A DNA stretch of 64,000 nt from Planctomycetota bacterium (GTDB lineage: Bacteria > Planctomycetota > JAPUJT01): assembly GCA_027296055.1 (NCBI GenBank), contig JAPUJT010000021.1, positions 1,900-65,899 of the forward strand, read 5' to 3'. Under the pieces are notes generated by a model. That model was given only the letters and a program-made list of their open reading frames with translations, was not told the DNA's origin and did not search any database. The position numbers were made by a program, and so were the translations under genes. This document shows, piece after piece, positions 45,123 to 54,459 of the stretch. Every line of letters begins with the position of its first letter. Positions within the stretch are counted from its first letter, which is position 1.

Positions 45123-46490
45123 ATGGGAATCCTGAAGAAGCTCATCGGCGGTAAGAAGCCATCCGCCAGGGTCGCCGTGATCGGCCTGGACGGAGCGCCC
45201 TGTTCCCTTCTCGAGACCATGGCCGCGAACGGGCGGATGCCCCATCTGGCCGAGATCCTCGCCGAGGGGACGATGCGGGCGATGGACGCTCCCCTGCCCG
45301 AGATCTCGTCCGTTTCCTGGGCGACCTTCTTCACCGGATGCAATCCAGGCCGTCATGGGATCTTCGGCTTCTCCGACCTCCGGCCATCCTCCTACGACGT
45401 CTACTTTCCCAATCTCGGTGACGTCCGTGGAGAGGCCGTCTGGGATATCGTCGGCCGCTGCGGCGGCCGTTCCGTCGTGCTGAACGTTCCGACGACCTAC
45501 CCGGCGAGGCCGCTGGATGGCGTCCTCTGCTCGGGATTCGTCGCCCTGGACCTCGAGAAGGCGACCTACCCGGATGCGGCGTACCGTTGGCTGAAAGGGA
45601 TCGGGTACCGTATCGACGCGGACATGCGCCTTGCCCGCAAGTCGCTGCCTCGGTTCCTGGAGGACTTGAAGGAGACCCTCGCCCTCCGGGAGAAGGCGTT
45701 GCTGCACTTCTTCGACGAAGAGGACTGGGACCTGTTTATCGGCGTGATCACCGCCACGGACCGGCTACAGCACTTTTTCTTCGAGGACTCCCTCTCGGAG
45801 GATTCCGAGTACCACGATGATTTCTACGAAATCTACCGTGAAACGGATCGATTTCTTGGCGAAATCCACCGCCGGGTGAAGGAGAGGAATGATACGACCC
45901 TTCTCCTGATGAGCGATCATGGTTTTACTCGACTGGAAAAGCAGGTCTACCTGAACCACTGGCTGGTCGAAAAGGGATACCTGTCGTTCGGGAAGAAGGA
46001 ACCGGAGTCCCTGGCCGATATCTCCAGCGATTCCCGGGCGTTCGCTCTCGACCCGTCGCGCATTTATATTCATGAGAAGGGGCGCTACCCGAGGGGTTCG
46101 GTGGAGCCCGGGGAGCCGGCAAGGAAGCTGCGGGAAGAGATCGCAGAGAGACTCGTCGGTCTGGAGCTGGAGGGGAGACCGGTGCTGCGACGAGTTTGGC
46201 GTCGGGAGGAGATATACTCGGGTCCGCGGGCTTCGTCGGCGCCGGATCTCGTCCTCGTCTCAGAGCCCGGCTTCGACCTGAAGGGGGCCCTGGCCAAGGG
46301 TGTCCTCGCCGACCGCGACATATTTTCCGGAATGCATACGCCCGATGACGCCGTCTTCTATCTCAGGGGGAAACCGCTCATCAAGGAAAAGCCGCGAGTG
46401 ATGGATCTCTCCCCGACCATCCTGGCGTTGATGGGGCTGGAGGTCCCGGCGGAGATGGATGGGCGGGTCCTGCTCAGCGAGATGGCCTGA
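45123..46490 (+). CDS. Alkaline-phosphatase-superfamily enzyme (type I phosphodiesterase/nucleotide pyrophosphatase-like), paralog A
   Basis: VAVIGLDGAP (metal-ligand Asp), EISSVSWATFFTGCNPGRHGIFGF (Ser/Thr nucleophile region), LLLMSDHGF (DH metal ligands). Confidence 0.75.
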   Translation: MGILKKLIGGKKPSARVAVIGLDGAPCSLLETMAANGRMPHLAEILAEGTMRAMDAPLPEISSVSWATFFTGCNPGRHGIFGFSDLRPSSYDVYFPNLGDVRGEAVWDIVGRCGGRSVVLNVPTTYPARPLDGVLCSGFVALDLEKATYPDAAYRWLKGIGYRIDADMRLARKSLPRFLEDLKETLALREKALLHFFDEEDWDLFIGVITATDRLQHFFFEDSLSEDSEYHDDFYEIYRETDRFLGEIHRRVKERNDTTLLLMSDHGFTRLEKQVYLNHWLVEKGYLSFGKKEPESLADISSDSRAFALDPSRIYIHEKGRYPRGSVEPGEPARKLREEIAERLVGLELEGRPVLRRVWRREEIYSGPRASSAPDLVLVSEPGFDLKGALAKGVLADRDIFSGMHTPDDAVFYLRGKPLIKEKPRVMDLSPTILALMGLEVPAEMDGRVLLSEMA

Positions 46491-46547
46491 CAGCAAGGAG
46501 GAGCCAGAGAATTGGTTTCCAGGAAGAAAGAGAGTGAGGTCGATCGG

Positions 46548-47381
46548 ATGAAGGAGTCGTCGACTCTTCTGAAGGCGTACGAGGACATCCAGTTCCTGAG
46601 ACGACCGGATCTCCGTCCGGTCCGTCTCCAGCTCGAGCTTCTCAAGGCGGAGATGCTGCAGAGGGAGGAGGGCGTACATTCGACGGTGGTCGTCTTCGGC
46701 AGCACGCGCATCCCCACCCCGGAGGAAGGGAAGAAGATGGTCTCCGAGGAGGAGGCTCATCTCGAGAAGGGGCCGGGCGGTCCAGAGGCGAAGAGGAGGC
46801 TCGAGATCGCCCGACGTCTTCAGGCGAAATCGGTCTACTACGAGGAGGCGCGGAGGTTCGCCGGGATCGTCTCCAGCACGTGCCAGGGCTCGGACAAGTG
46901 CGACTACGTCATCGTGACCGGAGGCGGTCCGGGCATCATGGAGGCGGCGAACCGGGGCGCTCATGAAGTCGGCGCCAAGAGCATGGGCCTGAACATCACC
47001 TTGCCTCTCGAGCAGGCGCCGAACGAGTACATCTCACCGGAGCTGTGCTTCCAGTTCCATTACTTCGCCATCCGCAAGATGCACTTCCTGATGCGAGCCA
47101 AGGCCCTCGTGATCTTTCCGGGAGGGTTCGGGACGTTCGACGAGCTGTTCGAGACCCTCACCCTGGTCCAGACGAAGAAGGTGGAGCCGGTACCCATCAT
47201 CCTCTTCGGAAAGGAGTACTGGCAGAAGGCGGTGAACTTCGAGTTTCTGGTGGACGAGGGTGTTATCTCGCCCGCGGATCTGGATCTCTTCCAGTATGTC
47301 GAGAGCGCGGAAGAGGCATGGAACGTGATCTCGCGCTTCCACAAGCTTGGCGAGACTCGCGCCATTCCGAAACGGGATTGA
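46548..47381 (+). CDS. LOG-family (TIGR00730/PpnN-like) nucleotide 5'-monophosphate nucleosidase
   Basis: VVVFGSTR, IVTGGGPGIMEAANRGA, and FPGGFGTFDELFETLTLVQTKK, the LOG PGGxGTxxE signature. Confidence 0.8.
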   Translation: MKESSTLLKAYEDIQFLRRPDLRPVRLQLELLKAEMLQREEGVHSTVVVFGSTRIPTPEEGKKMVSEEEAHLEKGPGGPEAKRRLEIARRLQAKSVYYEEARRFAGIVSSTCQGSDKCDYVIVTGGGPGIMEAANRGAHEVGAKSMGLNITLPLEQAPNEYISPELCFQFHYFAIRKMHFLMRAKALVIFPGGFGTFDELFETLTLVQTKKVEPVPIILFGKEYWQKAVNFEFLVDEGVISPADLDLFQYVESAEEAWNVISRFHKLGETRAIPKRD

Positions 47382-47570
47382 ACCGATTCGGCCGCACATT
47401 CAGTCGTCAGGTCGCCTCCGGTCGAAGTCCCGGTAGCCCTTTGGATTGGAGCGACAGCGACCGTAGAAAACGCCCCCGCCGGCGCCAGGCCGCTACAGCT
47501 CGAACTGGAGGGGATCCAATCCGTGTGGTAGGATTCCCGTAGAGCCCTCCCCCATCGCCCGGATCGAATC

Positions 47571-48110
47571 GTGAACTACCTCAAGAAGATCCTCTTGACC
47601 GGCGAAGCGGTGGTCCACCGAGCTCCGCCGCACAGGGTGATTCTCGTCCCGCGCGCTCTGCTGATCGGCGTCGCCCTCGGCTGGTTCATCGTCGAGATCG
47701 CAGGCATCTCGTGGGACCACCTGGAAGCCGAGCTGCCGGGGCTACGGTTCTTCATACCGATCGTCCTGGGGACGGTCGTCTGCTCCATCCTCGCGGAGTG
47801 GTTGTACCTGACCTCGGAGTTCATCGTCACCAACCAGAGGATCATCGTCGTCACCTCGGGTCTGATGGGACGGAAGGCCAGGGGGATACCGCTGGAGAGC
47901 ATCCGCAAGGTCGTCTTCGATCGACGAAAGCTCACCCCGTTTCTCGACCTGGGCGATCTGATCGTATGGGTCGATACGGGACGACGCTACCGATGCTCCA
48001 ACCTGGATCGTCCGATGGATTTCCGCCAGGCGGTCCTGGAGCAAATAGATCAGGTCCGGCAGAGGTTATCCGCGAAAGATCCCCGATCGCATCCGATCTC
48101 TCCCCTGTAA
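47571..48110 (+). CDS. Membrane protein with bacterial PH (bPH_2/YdbT-like) domain
   Basis: Two N-terminal TM segments are followed by ...LTSEFIVTNQRIIVVTSGLMGRKARGIPLESIRKV..., typical of bPH domains. GTG start. Confidence 0.5.
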   Translation: MNYLKKILLTGEAVVHRAPPHRVILVPRALLIGVALGWFIVEIAGISWDHLEAELPGLRFFIPIVLGTVVCSILAEWLYLTSEFIVTNQRIIVVTSGLMGRKARGIPLESIRKVVFDRRKLTPFLDLGDLIVWVDTGRRYRCSNLDRPMDFRQAVLEQIDQVRQRLSAKDPRSHPISPL

Positions 48111-48203
48111 GAACACATTCAACCGGATCGGGGGGGGCACAGAGCCCTGCGTTGCATAAGAGGTGACTGTCGCTCTTTCTGAGACAGCAGTCCTTCTTCC
48201 AGG

Positions 48204-48809
48204 CTACAGGTACCCCAGGTCGGCCAGGCGCTCCTGGACCTTCTTGGCATCGGCCTCGGTATAGGAGGACTCCTTCGCCAGGTGCCCCAGATCGATGAGC
48301 GTTTGCATCACGAGGTCGATGGACTGCTCGACCGACTGATCTGTCGTATCGAGGACCAGTTCGGCCTTGAGAGGATCCTCGAACGGCTGGTGCCAGCCCG
48401 CGATGTCATTGATCTCACCGCGTTCCGCTCTGGCATAGAGCCCCTTGGGATCGCGCTTCTTGCATTCCTCCAGGGTGCACTTGCAGTAGACTTCCACGAA
48501 ATTCTCCACCATGGCGCGCCCTCGGTCGCGATACTCGCGCAGTGGCGAGACGGCCGCGACGATTGCGTTAACACCGTTCCGCGTGAGAAGCTGCATCAGG
48601 TAGGCGAGACGTTTCGTGTTGAGGTCGCGGTCGGCCTTGGAGTACTTCAGGTCCGGGCTGACGTTTTTGCGCACCTCATCCGCGTCCAGGTTCGCTGTTC
48701 GATGTCCCATCGCAAGCAGCCTCTGCTGTACCCCTGATCCGATCGTCGATTTGCCGGAAGCCGGCACGCCCGTGATCCATATTCCGAAGCCCTTCTCCCA
48801 AGTAATCAC
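48204..48809 (-). CDS. cysC: Adenylyl-sulfate (APS) kinase
   Basis: IWITGVPASGKSTIG P-loop and LDADEVRKN...YSKADRD. GTG start follows AGGAGGAG, with a GTGA overlap onto the upstream gene's stop. Confidence 0.85.
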   Translation of the reverse strand: MITWEKGFGIWITGVPASGKSTIGSGVQQRLLAMGHRTANLDADEVRKNVSPDLKYSKADRDLNTKRLAYLMQLLTRNGVNAIVAAVSPLREYRDRGRAMVENFVEVYCKCTLEECKKRDPKGLYARAERGEINDIAGWHQPFEDPLKAELVLDTTDQSVEQSIDLVMQTLIDLGHLAKESSYTEADAKKVQERLADLGYL

Positions 48810-50221
48810 GCAATCTCCTCCTTTCGTCCTGAGCCTCCGCTCTTGTCGATCACCTTGCCCTCCAACCCGTCGGGCGGCTCCATCCCGAGAAGTCTATATA
48901 CGGTCGGGGCGACATCATATATGCGGAGCCTCTCCAGTTCCTCCCCTCCGGACACCGTTCCGTTCGCCATCACGAAGATCCCGTGCTGGGAGTGCATCGC
49001 ATCGTCCGGCCCGATCTCGGTCTCGAAGGAGTAAATCGAATCGTGACCGATGTCCTGGGAGGCCCGCCAGTGAAGGTCTCCGAAATGAACCAGCAGGTCC
49101 GGAGCGTTTGCCACGTAGTCTCCTGTGTAGACGTCCTCGGGAATGAAGGCGGTCGTGGGCAGGGGGTGGCCTCGCTCATCCGGGATCGATTCCAGGGCCT
49201 TCTTCAGGCGTTCCCGGACTTCCGAGTACTCTTCGGGGCTGACGATTCCATGCTTCTCACGGCCACGGACATTCAGGTAGACACGCGAGTAGTAACCACC
49301 GAAGCCCCAGGCGGTCGTCTTCGACCAATCGATGTCCGCCTCCTCTATTCGCACCACGCCCTGAGGCTTCGACCGAAGCGTCATGAACCCCTCCCTGATC
49401 AGGAAGTCGTTCACGCAGATCGCTCCGTCCATTTTCTTGGCGCCATGATCGGAGACGATGAAGACGGCTGTCTCCTTCCGGTCAATGAGCTCGAGGAGTC
49501 TGCCGATCCGCTCGTCCACGTAGACGTAATAGTCCGGGATGGCTCGTTCGAACGGATTGCCCTTCTCGTGCTTTCTATGTTCGGTGTCGTAGTGCTTCCA
49601 GAACGCGTGATGGATTCGATCCGTTCCCATCTCGACCATCTGGAAGTAGTCCCACGGCTTCGTCTTGAGGAAGTGCTCCGCCAGGTCGAATCTCATCCGT
49701 GTCATCTGATGGATCTGATCTAGCAGATGGGTCTTCTCCTCGGTCCGGAAGTTCCGGCAATCGATCATGTAGTCTCCCACGACATCGCGGATCTCCTCTT
49801 TCAGCTCGGGAGGATACGTGTAATCCGAGTCGGTGTCCGGGGCGAGAAACGAGGTAACCATCAATCCGTTTACCGGTTTGGGAGGATAGGTCTGCGGGAC
49901 TCCGAGCAGGACGACCCGTCTCCCCTCCCGGCTGAGGCGATCCCAGATCGTCGGCTCCGGGATCGTCCGGGAGTTGGCGATCTCCATCTCCAGGTAGGTT
50001 CCCTTCCTCCTGTTGCGAAAGCCGAAGCAGTTCAGCCGTCCGGGGTTCGCCGAGGTCGCCATCGCCATCCAGGCAGGGGTCGTGATCGGGGGGATCGTGC
50101 TCTCTAGCTCTCCCCAGGCCCCCTCTTCCATCAGGCGAGATATATTCGGAAGGCTTCCGCGGAACCGATGGAAGACCTCTCGGGGAGGAGCGCAATCCAG
50201 GCCGATGACGAGGACCTTCAT
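48806..50221 (-). CDS. Alkaline-phosphatase-superfamily enzyme (NPP-like), paralog B, embedded between sat and cysC
   Basis: MKVLVIGLDCAP, TIPPITTPAWMAMATSANPGRLNCFGF, VFIVSDHGA: the same signature set as 45123-46490. It starts 17 nt after the sat stop and has a 4-nt overlap with the cysC start. Confidence 0.75.
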   Translation of the reverse strand: MKVLVIGLDCAPPREVFHRFRGSLPNISRLMEEGAWGELESTIPPITTPAWMAMATSANPGRLNCFGFRNRRKGTYLEMEIANSRTIPEPTIWDRLSREGRRVVLLGVPQTYPPKPVNGLMVTSFLAPDTDSDYTYPPELKEEIRDVVGDYMIDCRNFRTEEKTHLLDQIHQMTRMRFDLAEHFLKTKPWDYFQMVEMGTDRIHHAFWKHYDTEHRKHEKGNPFERAIPDYYVYVDERIGRLLELIDRKETAVFIVSDHGAKKMDGAICVNDFLIREGFMTLRSKPQGVVRIEEADIDWSKTTAWGFGGYYSRVYLNVRGREKHGIVSPEEYSEVRERLKKALESIPDERGHPLPTTAFIPEDVYTGDYVANAPDLLVHFGDLHWRASQDIGHDSIYSFETEIGPDDAMHSQHGIFVMANGTVSGGEELERLRIYDVAPTVYRLLGMEPPDGLEGKVIDKSGGSGRKEEIA

Positions 50222-50238
50222 TCATCCTTCCGGATGGG

Positions 50239-51387
50239 TCAATCGACGAATGGGGAGTCGAAGCTTCTTGCGGCCGCGAAGACCTCCGGGCGGAAGATCT
50301 CGGGCGGGAGAGCCTGCCCCTCGAGGATCATCTGGCGGATCTTGGTACCGCTGAAGAAGATCTTGTCCGTGTCCGCGTGCGGGCACGTCCTATCACTCTG
50401 TAGACCGGCGCAAACCTTGCAGTGAAAGAAGTCCCCGCGGATCGTGATGATCTCCACGCCGAGGTCGGGATACTCACGGAAGATATCGATCGCCGCCTCC
50501 GGGGCGTAGAAGCCTCCGGCCCCCGCGTGGTCTCGACCTACTACGAAATGAGTGCACCCGTGGTTCTTCCGGATGATGGCATGATGCACCGCCTCCCGGG
50601 GGCCCGCGTACCTCATCTCCATGGGAAGGATCGTGAGGGCCGTCCGGTCCGGGTTGAAGTAGTTCTTCAGCAGGGCCTCGTAGGTGGCCAGGATCACCTC
50701 ATCCTTGAAATCCCCCTTCTTCTTCCTTCCGATCACCGGGTGGACCAGCAACCCATCCACCTGGGCGAGCACCATCTTCTGCATGTTTTCGTGGCCGGTG
50801 TGCGGGGCGTTGCGGGTCTGGAAGGCGCAGACGGTCTCCCATCCGCGCTGCTCGAAGAGGGCGCGCGTCTCCGCTGGCGTCAGGTTGTACTCGGGAAATG
50901 GCTCGCGGGAGTCGTCGAGCAGGTCTATCTTGCCTCCCAGCAGGACCTCGCCCATATTCTGCAGGCGTGAGACGCCAGGGTGGGCGGTGTCTTCCGTCCC
51001 GAACACCTGGCGGGCAAAGGCGGCCTTGTCCAGCGGGTGCTTCTCCTCCAGGCGCAGGACGGCGATGGCGGTCCCCTTCCGGGTAAGAAGGACGTCCTTC
51101 CCCGCCTCGAACGAGTCGGCCTGCTCGGTCGAGACATCGAGCACGATCGGAATCGTCCAGGGGGTCCCGTCCGCGAGCCGACCGGTCTCCAGGACGGCGA
51201 CGAGTTCAGATCGGACGAGGAAGCCCTCGAGGGGAGAGTAGCGGCCGAATGCGATGTTCCGAACATCGGCCAGCGATTCCGGCGTCACCTCGAGGGAGGC
51301 GATCTCTTTTCGGGCCACCTCGGGCAGTCGCTGCGAAGGGAGCCTACGCTCGGTAAGTTTTCCGCCATGCGGTATCGGTAGTGGCAT
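50239..51387 (-). CDS. sat: Sulfate adenylyltransferase (ATP sulfurylase)
   Basis: QTRNAPHTGHE, HPVIGRKKKGDF, MRYAGPREAVHHAIIRKNHGCTHFVVGRDHAG. GAGGAGG RBS before ATG 51387. Confidence 0.85.
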   Translation of the reverse strand: MPLPIPHGGKLTERRLPSQRLPEVARKEIASLEVTPESLADVRNIAFGRYSPLEGFLVRSELVAVLETGRLADGTPWTIPIVLDVSTEQADSFEAGKDVLLTRKGTAIAVLRLEEKHPLDKAAFARQVFGTEDTAHPGVSRLQNMGEVLLGGKIDLLDDSREPFPEYNLTPAETRALFEQRGWETVCAFQTRNAPHTGHENMQKMVLAQVDGLLVHPVIGRKKKGDFKDEVILATYEALLKNYFNPDRTALTILPMEMRYAGPREAVHHAIIRKNHGCTHFVVGRDHAGAGGFYAPEAAIDIFREYPDLGVEIITIRGDFFHCKVCAGLQSDRTCPHADTDKIFFSGTKIRQMILEGQALPPEIFRPEVFAAARSFDSPFVD

Positions 51388-51550
51388 CTGTTCCTCCTCG
51401 GGCCCAGATCCTAGCAAGATGGGTGTCTACAGACAACGGCGCGTCGGTGAGGAAATCGCTGTCCCTGCGCCGGCCGTCCGACTACAATCTGGGCCTCAGG
51501 CCCGATTTCAAGCGCTCAAGGGCCGTTCGATTGTCGAGGTTTCGCCAGCC

Positions 51551-52546
51551 ATGTACGACGACAAGACTCTCGTGATTACCGGTGGGACCGGCTCTTTCGG
51601 CAAGGCGATCGTCCGCTCGGTTCTCGAGCGATACAAGCCGCGCAAGCTGATCGTCTTCTCGCGCGACGAGCTGAAGCAGTACGAGATGGCCCATGTCTTC
51701 TCGGAGAGCGAGTACCCGTGCATGCGCTATTTCATCGGAGACGTGAGAGATCGGGAACGGCTCGACGAGGCGTTCCGCGGGGCCGATTACGTGATCCACG
51801 CAGCCGCCCTCAAGCAGGTCCCCGCGGCAGAATATAATCCGTTCGAGGCGATCCAGACCAACGTCCTGGGGGCTCAGAACGTGATCCGTGCTGCCATCCG
51901 GGTTGGCGTGAAGCGCGTGATCGCCCTCAGCACGGACAAGGCCGCCAATCCGATCAATCTGTATGGCGCCAGCAAGCTCTGCTCCGACAAGCTGTTCGTT
52001 GCGGGGAACGCGATGGGAGGGGCCGATGGGACGCGGTTCTCCGTCGTCCGGTACGGCAACGTCGCGGGGAGCCGGGGCTCGGTGATTCCACTCTTCCTCA
52101 AGATGAAGGCCTCGGGGACGCTGAAGATCACGGACGAACGGATGACCCGATTCTCGATCACGCTGGAGGAAGGGGTGGATTTCGTCATTGAATCGATGGA
52201 TCGAATGAGAGGGGGAGAAATCTTCGTCCCGAAGCTGCGGAGCCTTCGTGTGGTGGAGGTGGCGAAGGCGATCGCTCCCGAAGCGAAACTCGAAATGGTC
52301 GGGATCCGGGCCGGAGAAAAGCTTCACGAAACGCTCGTACCGGCGGACGAAGCGTGGCACACGGTGGAGTACGAGGACCGATTCATCATCATGCCGACGC
52401 ATCCCTGGTGGACCCGACAAGAGGAGCTCATCGCCGAGGGGGGCAAGCCTTGCGAGATCGGGTTCGCCTACACCAGCGAGACGAACCCCGATTGGCTTTC
52501 CATCGACGACATACGCGAACTCGTTCGTGGCCTCGTCGGACAGTAA
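51551..52546 (+). CDS. pseB: UDP-N-acetylglucosamine 4,6-dehydratase (inverting), PseB/FlaA1-type
   Basis: MYDDKTLVITGGTGSFGKA, the FlaA1/CapD-type SDR pattern, and YGASKL (YxxxK). Confidence 0.85.
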   Translation: MYDDKTLVITGGTGSFGKAIVRSVLERYKPRKLIVFSRDELKQYEMAHVFSESEYPCMRYFIGDVRDRERLDEAFRGADYVIHAAALKQVPAAEYNPFEAIQTNVLGAQNVIRAAIRVGVKRVIALSTDKAANPINLYGASKLCSDKLFVAGNAMGGADGTRFSVVRYGNVAGSRGSVIPLFLKMKASGTLKITDERMTRFSITLEEGVDFVIESMDRMRGGEIFVPKLRSLRVVEVAKAIAPEAKLEMVGIRAGEKLHETLVPADEAWHTVEYEDRFIIMPTHPWWTRQEELIAEGGKPCEIGFAYTSETNPDWLSIDDIRELVRGLVGQ

Positions 52547-52562
52547 GATCTCGAGGGGTGAC

Positions 52563-53693
52563 ATGATCCCCTACGGCCGCCAGTCGCTCGATGAGGACGA
52601 CATCGCCGCCGTCGTTCAGGCGCTACGATCCGACTGGCTGACCACCGGGCCGGAGATCGAGGCCTTCGAGAAGGCGTTCGTCGGCATCGCCGGGTCGAGT
52701 CACGCCGTGGCTGTCTCCAGCGGCACCGCCGCCCTCCATGCCGCCATGTTCGCGCTGGACGTCAAACCCGGCGACGAGGTGATAGTGCCGGCCTTCACCT
52801 TTGCCGCCACGGCCAACTGTGTGGTCTTCCAGGGCGCCACACCGGTCTTCTGCGACGTGGATCCCAGTTCCCTTCTCGTGTCTCCCGCAGAGGTCGAGTC
52901 GAAGATCACCTCTCGCACGCGCGCTATTCTCAGCGTCGACTATGCGGGGCAGCCCTGCGATTACGACGAACTCCGCGTCCTGGCGGACCGTAACGGTCTA
53001 GCCCTGGTCGCCGACGCGTGCCACGCCCTGGGTGCGGCCTACAAAGGCCGGCCGGCGGGCAGCCTGGCCGATCTTACCGCCTTCAGCTTTCACCCCGTCA
53101 AGCACATGACCACAGGGGAGGGTGGGATGATCACGACGAACGACCCGGATCTCGCGGCGCGCATGAGATCCTTCAGGAATCATGGAATCCAGACGGATCT
53201 GCACCAGCGGGCCAAAGCGGGGACCTGGCAGTACGAGATGACGGAGCTGGGCTACAACTACCGGCTCACGGACATCCAGTGCGCCCTGGGTCGCAGCCAG
53301 CTCCGGAAGCTACCAGGATGGGTGGATCGGCGACGAGAGATTGCCAGGAGATTCGATTCCGCATTCGAGGGGCTTGACGGGGTGACGCCGCTGCAGACGA
53401 GGCCGGAGCGCACGCATTCCTACCACCTGTATGTCATCCAGGTGGATCCGAAAGTCGTCGACCGCGGCGCCGTGTTCGGCCGGCTGCGGGCGTCGGGCGT
53501 CGGCGCGAACGTGCACTATATGCCTGTTCATCTGCACCCGTTCTATCGTGAGAGGTTCGGGACTGGTCCCGGCCTGTGTCCCACGGCGGAGGCGGCCTAC
53601 GAACTCGTCCTCTCCCTCCCCATCTTTCCCGCGCTTTCCCGCGAGCAGGAACAGGTCGTGATCGAATCGGTCCGGAGCGCCGTCGGAAAGTGA
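52563..53693 (+). CDS. pseC: DegT/DnrJ/EryC1-type PLP aminotransferase (PseC-like)
   Basis: MIPYGRQSLDEDDI..., SGTAALH, FSFHPVKHMTTGEGG (the PLP-Lys block). Confidence 0.85.
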   Translation: MIPYGRQSLDEDDIAAVVQALRSDWLTTGPEIEAFEKAFVGIAGSSHAVAVSSGTAALHAAMFALDVKPGDEVIVPAFTFAATANCVVFQGATPVFCDVDPSSLLVSPAEVESKITSRTRAILSVDYAGQPCDYDELRVLADRNGLALVADACHALGAAYKGRPAGSLADLTAFSFHPVKHMTTGEGGMITTNDPDLAARMRSFRNHGIQTDLHQRAKAGTWQYEMTELGYNYRLTDIQCALGRSQLRKLPGWVDRRREIARRFDSAFEGLDGVTPLQTRPERTHSYHLYVIQVDPKVVDRGAVFGRLRASGVGANVHYMPVHLHPFYRERFGTGPGLCPTAEAAYELVLSLPIFPALSREQEQVVIESVRSAVGK

Positions 53694-53699
53694 TCCGTG

Positions 53700-54458
53700 A
53701 TGAAGATCGAGGTGTTGGCCATCCTCCAGGCGCGTATGGGCTCGAGCCGGCTCCCTGGAAAGATGATGCGTCCGATCGTGGATGGCAAGGGCGCCCTGGA
53801 GCTGATGCTGGGACGCGTCCGGCGGGCCACGACTCTCGATCGAATCGTCGTGGCCACCACCGATAGAGATGGGGACGATATCCTGGCAGAGGTGTGCAGC
53901 CGGCTCGAGATCGACTGTTTCCGCGGAAGCGAGGAGGACGTTCTGGATCGCTTCTACCGGGTCGCCGTAGCCTACGGACCCACGGGGTCCATCGTCCGGC
54001 TCACTGGCGACTGTCCTCTGCACGACCCGGCGGTGATCGACCTGGCCGTCGGGGCCTTCCTCGAGCAGGGGGTGGACTATCTCTCCAACACGGCCCCCCC
54101 CACCTATCCGCACGGGCTGGATACAGAAGTGTTCACCTTTTCCGCCCTGGAGGAGTCTCAGCGAGAGGCCCGCCTGAGCTCGGAGCGTGAGCACGTGACA
54201 CCGTACATTCGTAGCCACCCCGAACGGTTTCAACAGGGGAACCTGGCAAACGACAAGGATCTTTCGGCCTTGCGCTGGACACTGGATGAGCCGGAGGACC
54301 TGGAGTTCATCCGCGCGGTCTATGCCTCGCTGGGAGACCGCTCCTTCGGGATGGCCGAGGTGTTGGGGCTGCTGGAGTCTCGTCCTCAGCTGAGCGAGAT
54401 CAATCGCGGATTCACGCGGACCGTGGATGATCGAAAGCCCTTGCCGGAGGAGGGTTGA
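53700..54458 (+). CDS. pseF: SpsF/FlmC-type cytidylyltransferase (putative CMP-nonulosonate synthetase)
   Basis: LAILQARMGSSRLPGKMM and a CTP_transf_3-like pattern (VATTD..DD, RGSEEDVLDRF, VRLTGDCP). Confidence 0.7.
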   Translation: MKIEVLAILQARMGSSRLPGKMMRPIVDGKGALELMLGRVRRATTLDRIVVATTDRDGDDILAEVCSRLEIDCFRGSEEDVLDRFYRVAVAYGPTGSIVRLTGDCPLHDPAVIDLAVGAFLEQGVDYLSNTAPPTYPHGLDTEVFTFSALEESQREARLSSEREHVTPYIRSHPERFQQGNLANDKDLSALRWTLDEPEDLEFIRAVYASLGDRSFGMAEVLGLLESRPQLSEINRGFTRTVDDRKPLPEEG

Positions 54459-54459
54459 G

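Noticed and set aside
48110-48204. Possible terminator between the convergent PH-domain gene and cysC.
   Set aside because: There is only a 5-bp stem (CTGTC...GACAG) and no U-tract, which is too weak to call.
51254-51550. N-terminal extension of the pseB ORF; likewise 52248-52562 for pseC and 54427-54459 for pseG.
   Set aside because: The extensions overlap upstream genes or the divergent promoter region and lack homology. The canonical N-termini (MYDDKTLVITGGTGSFG, MIPYGRQSLD, ILVRADAS) begin at the internal starts.
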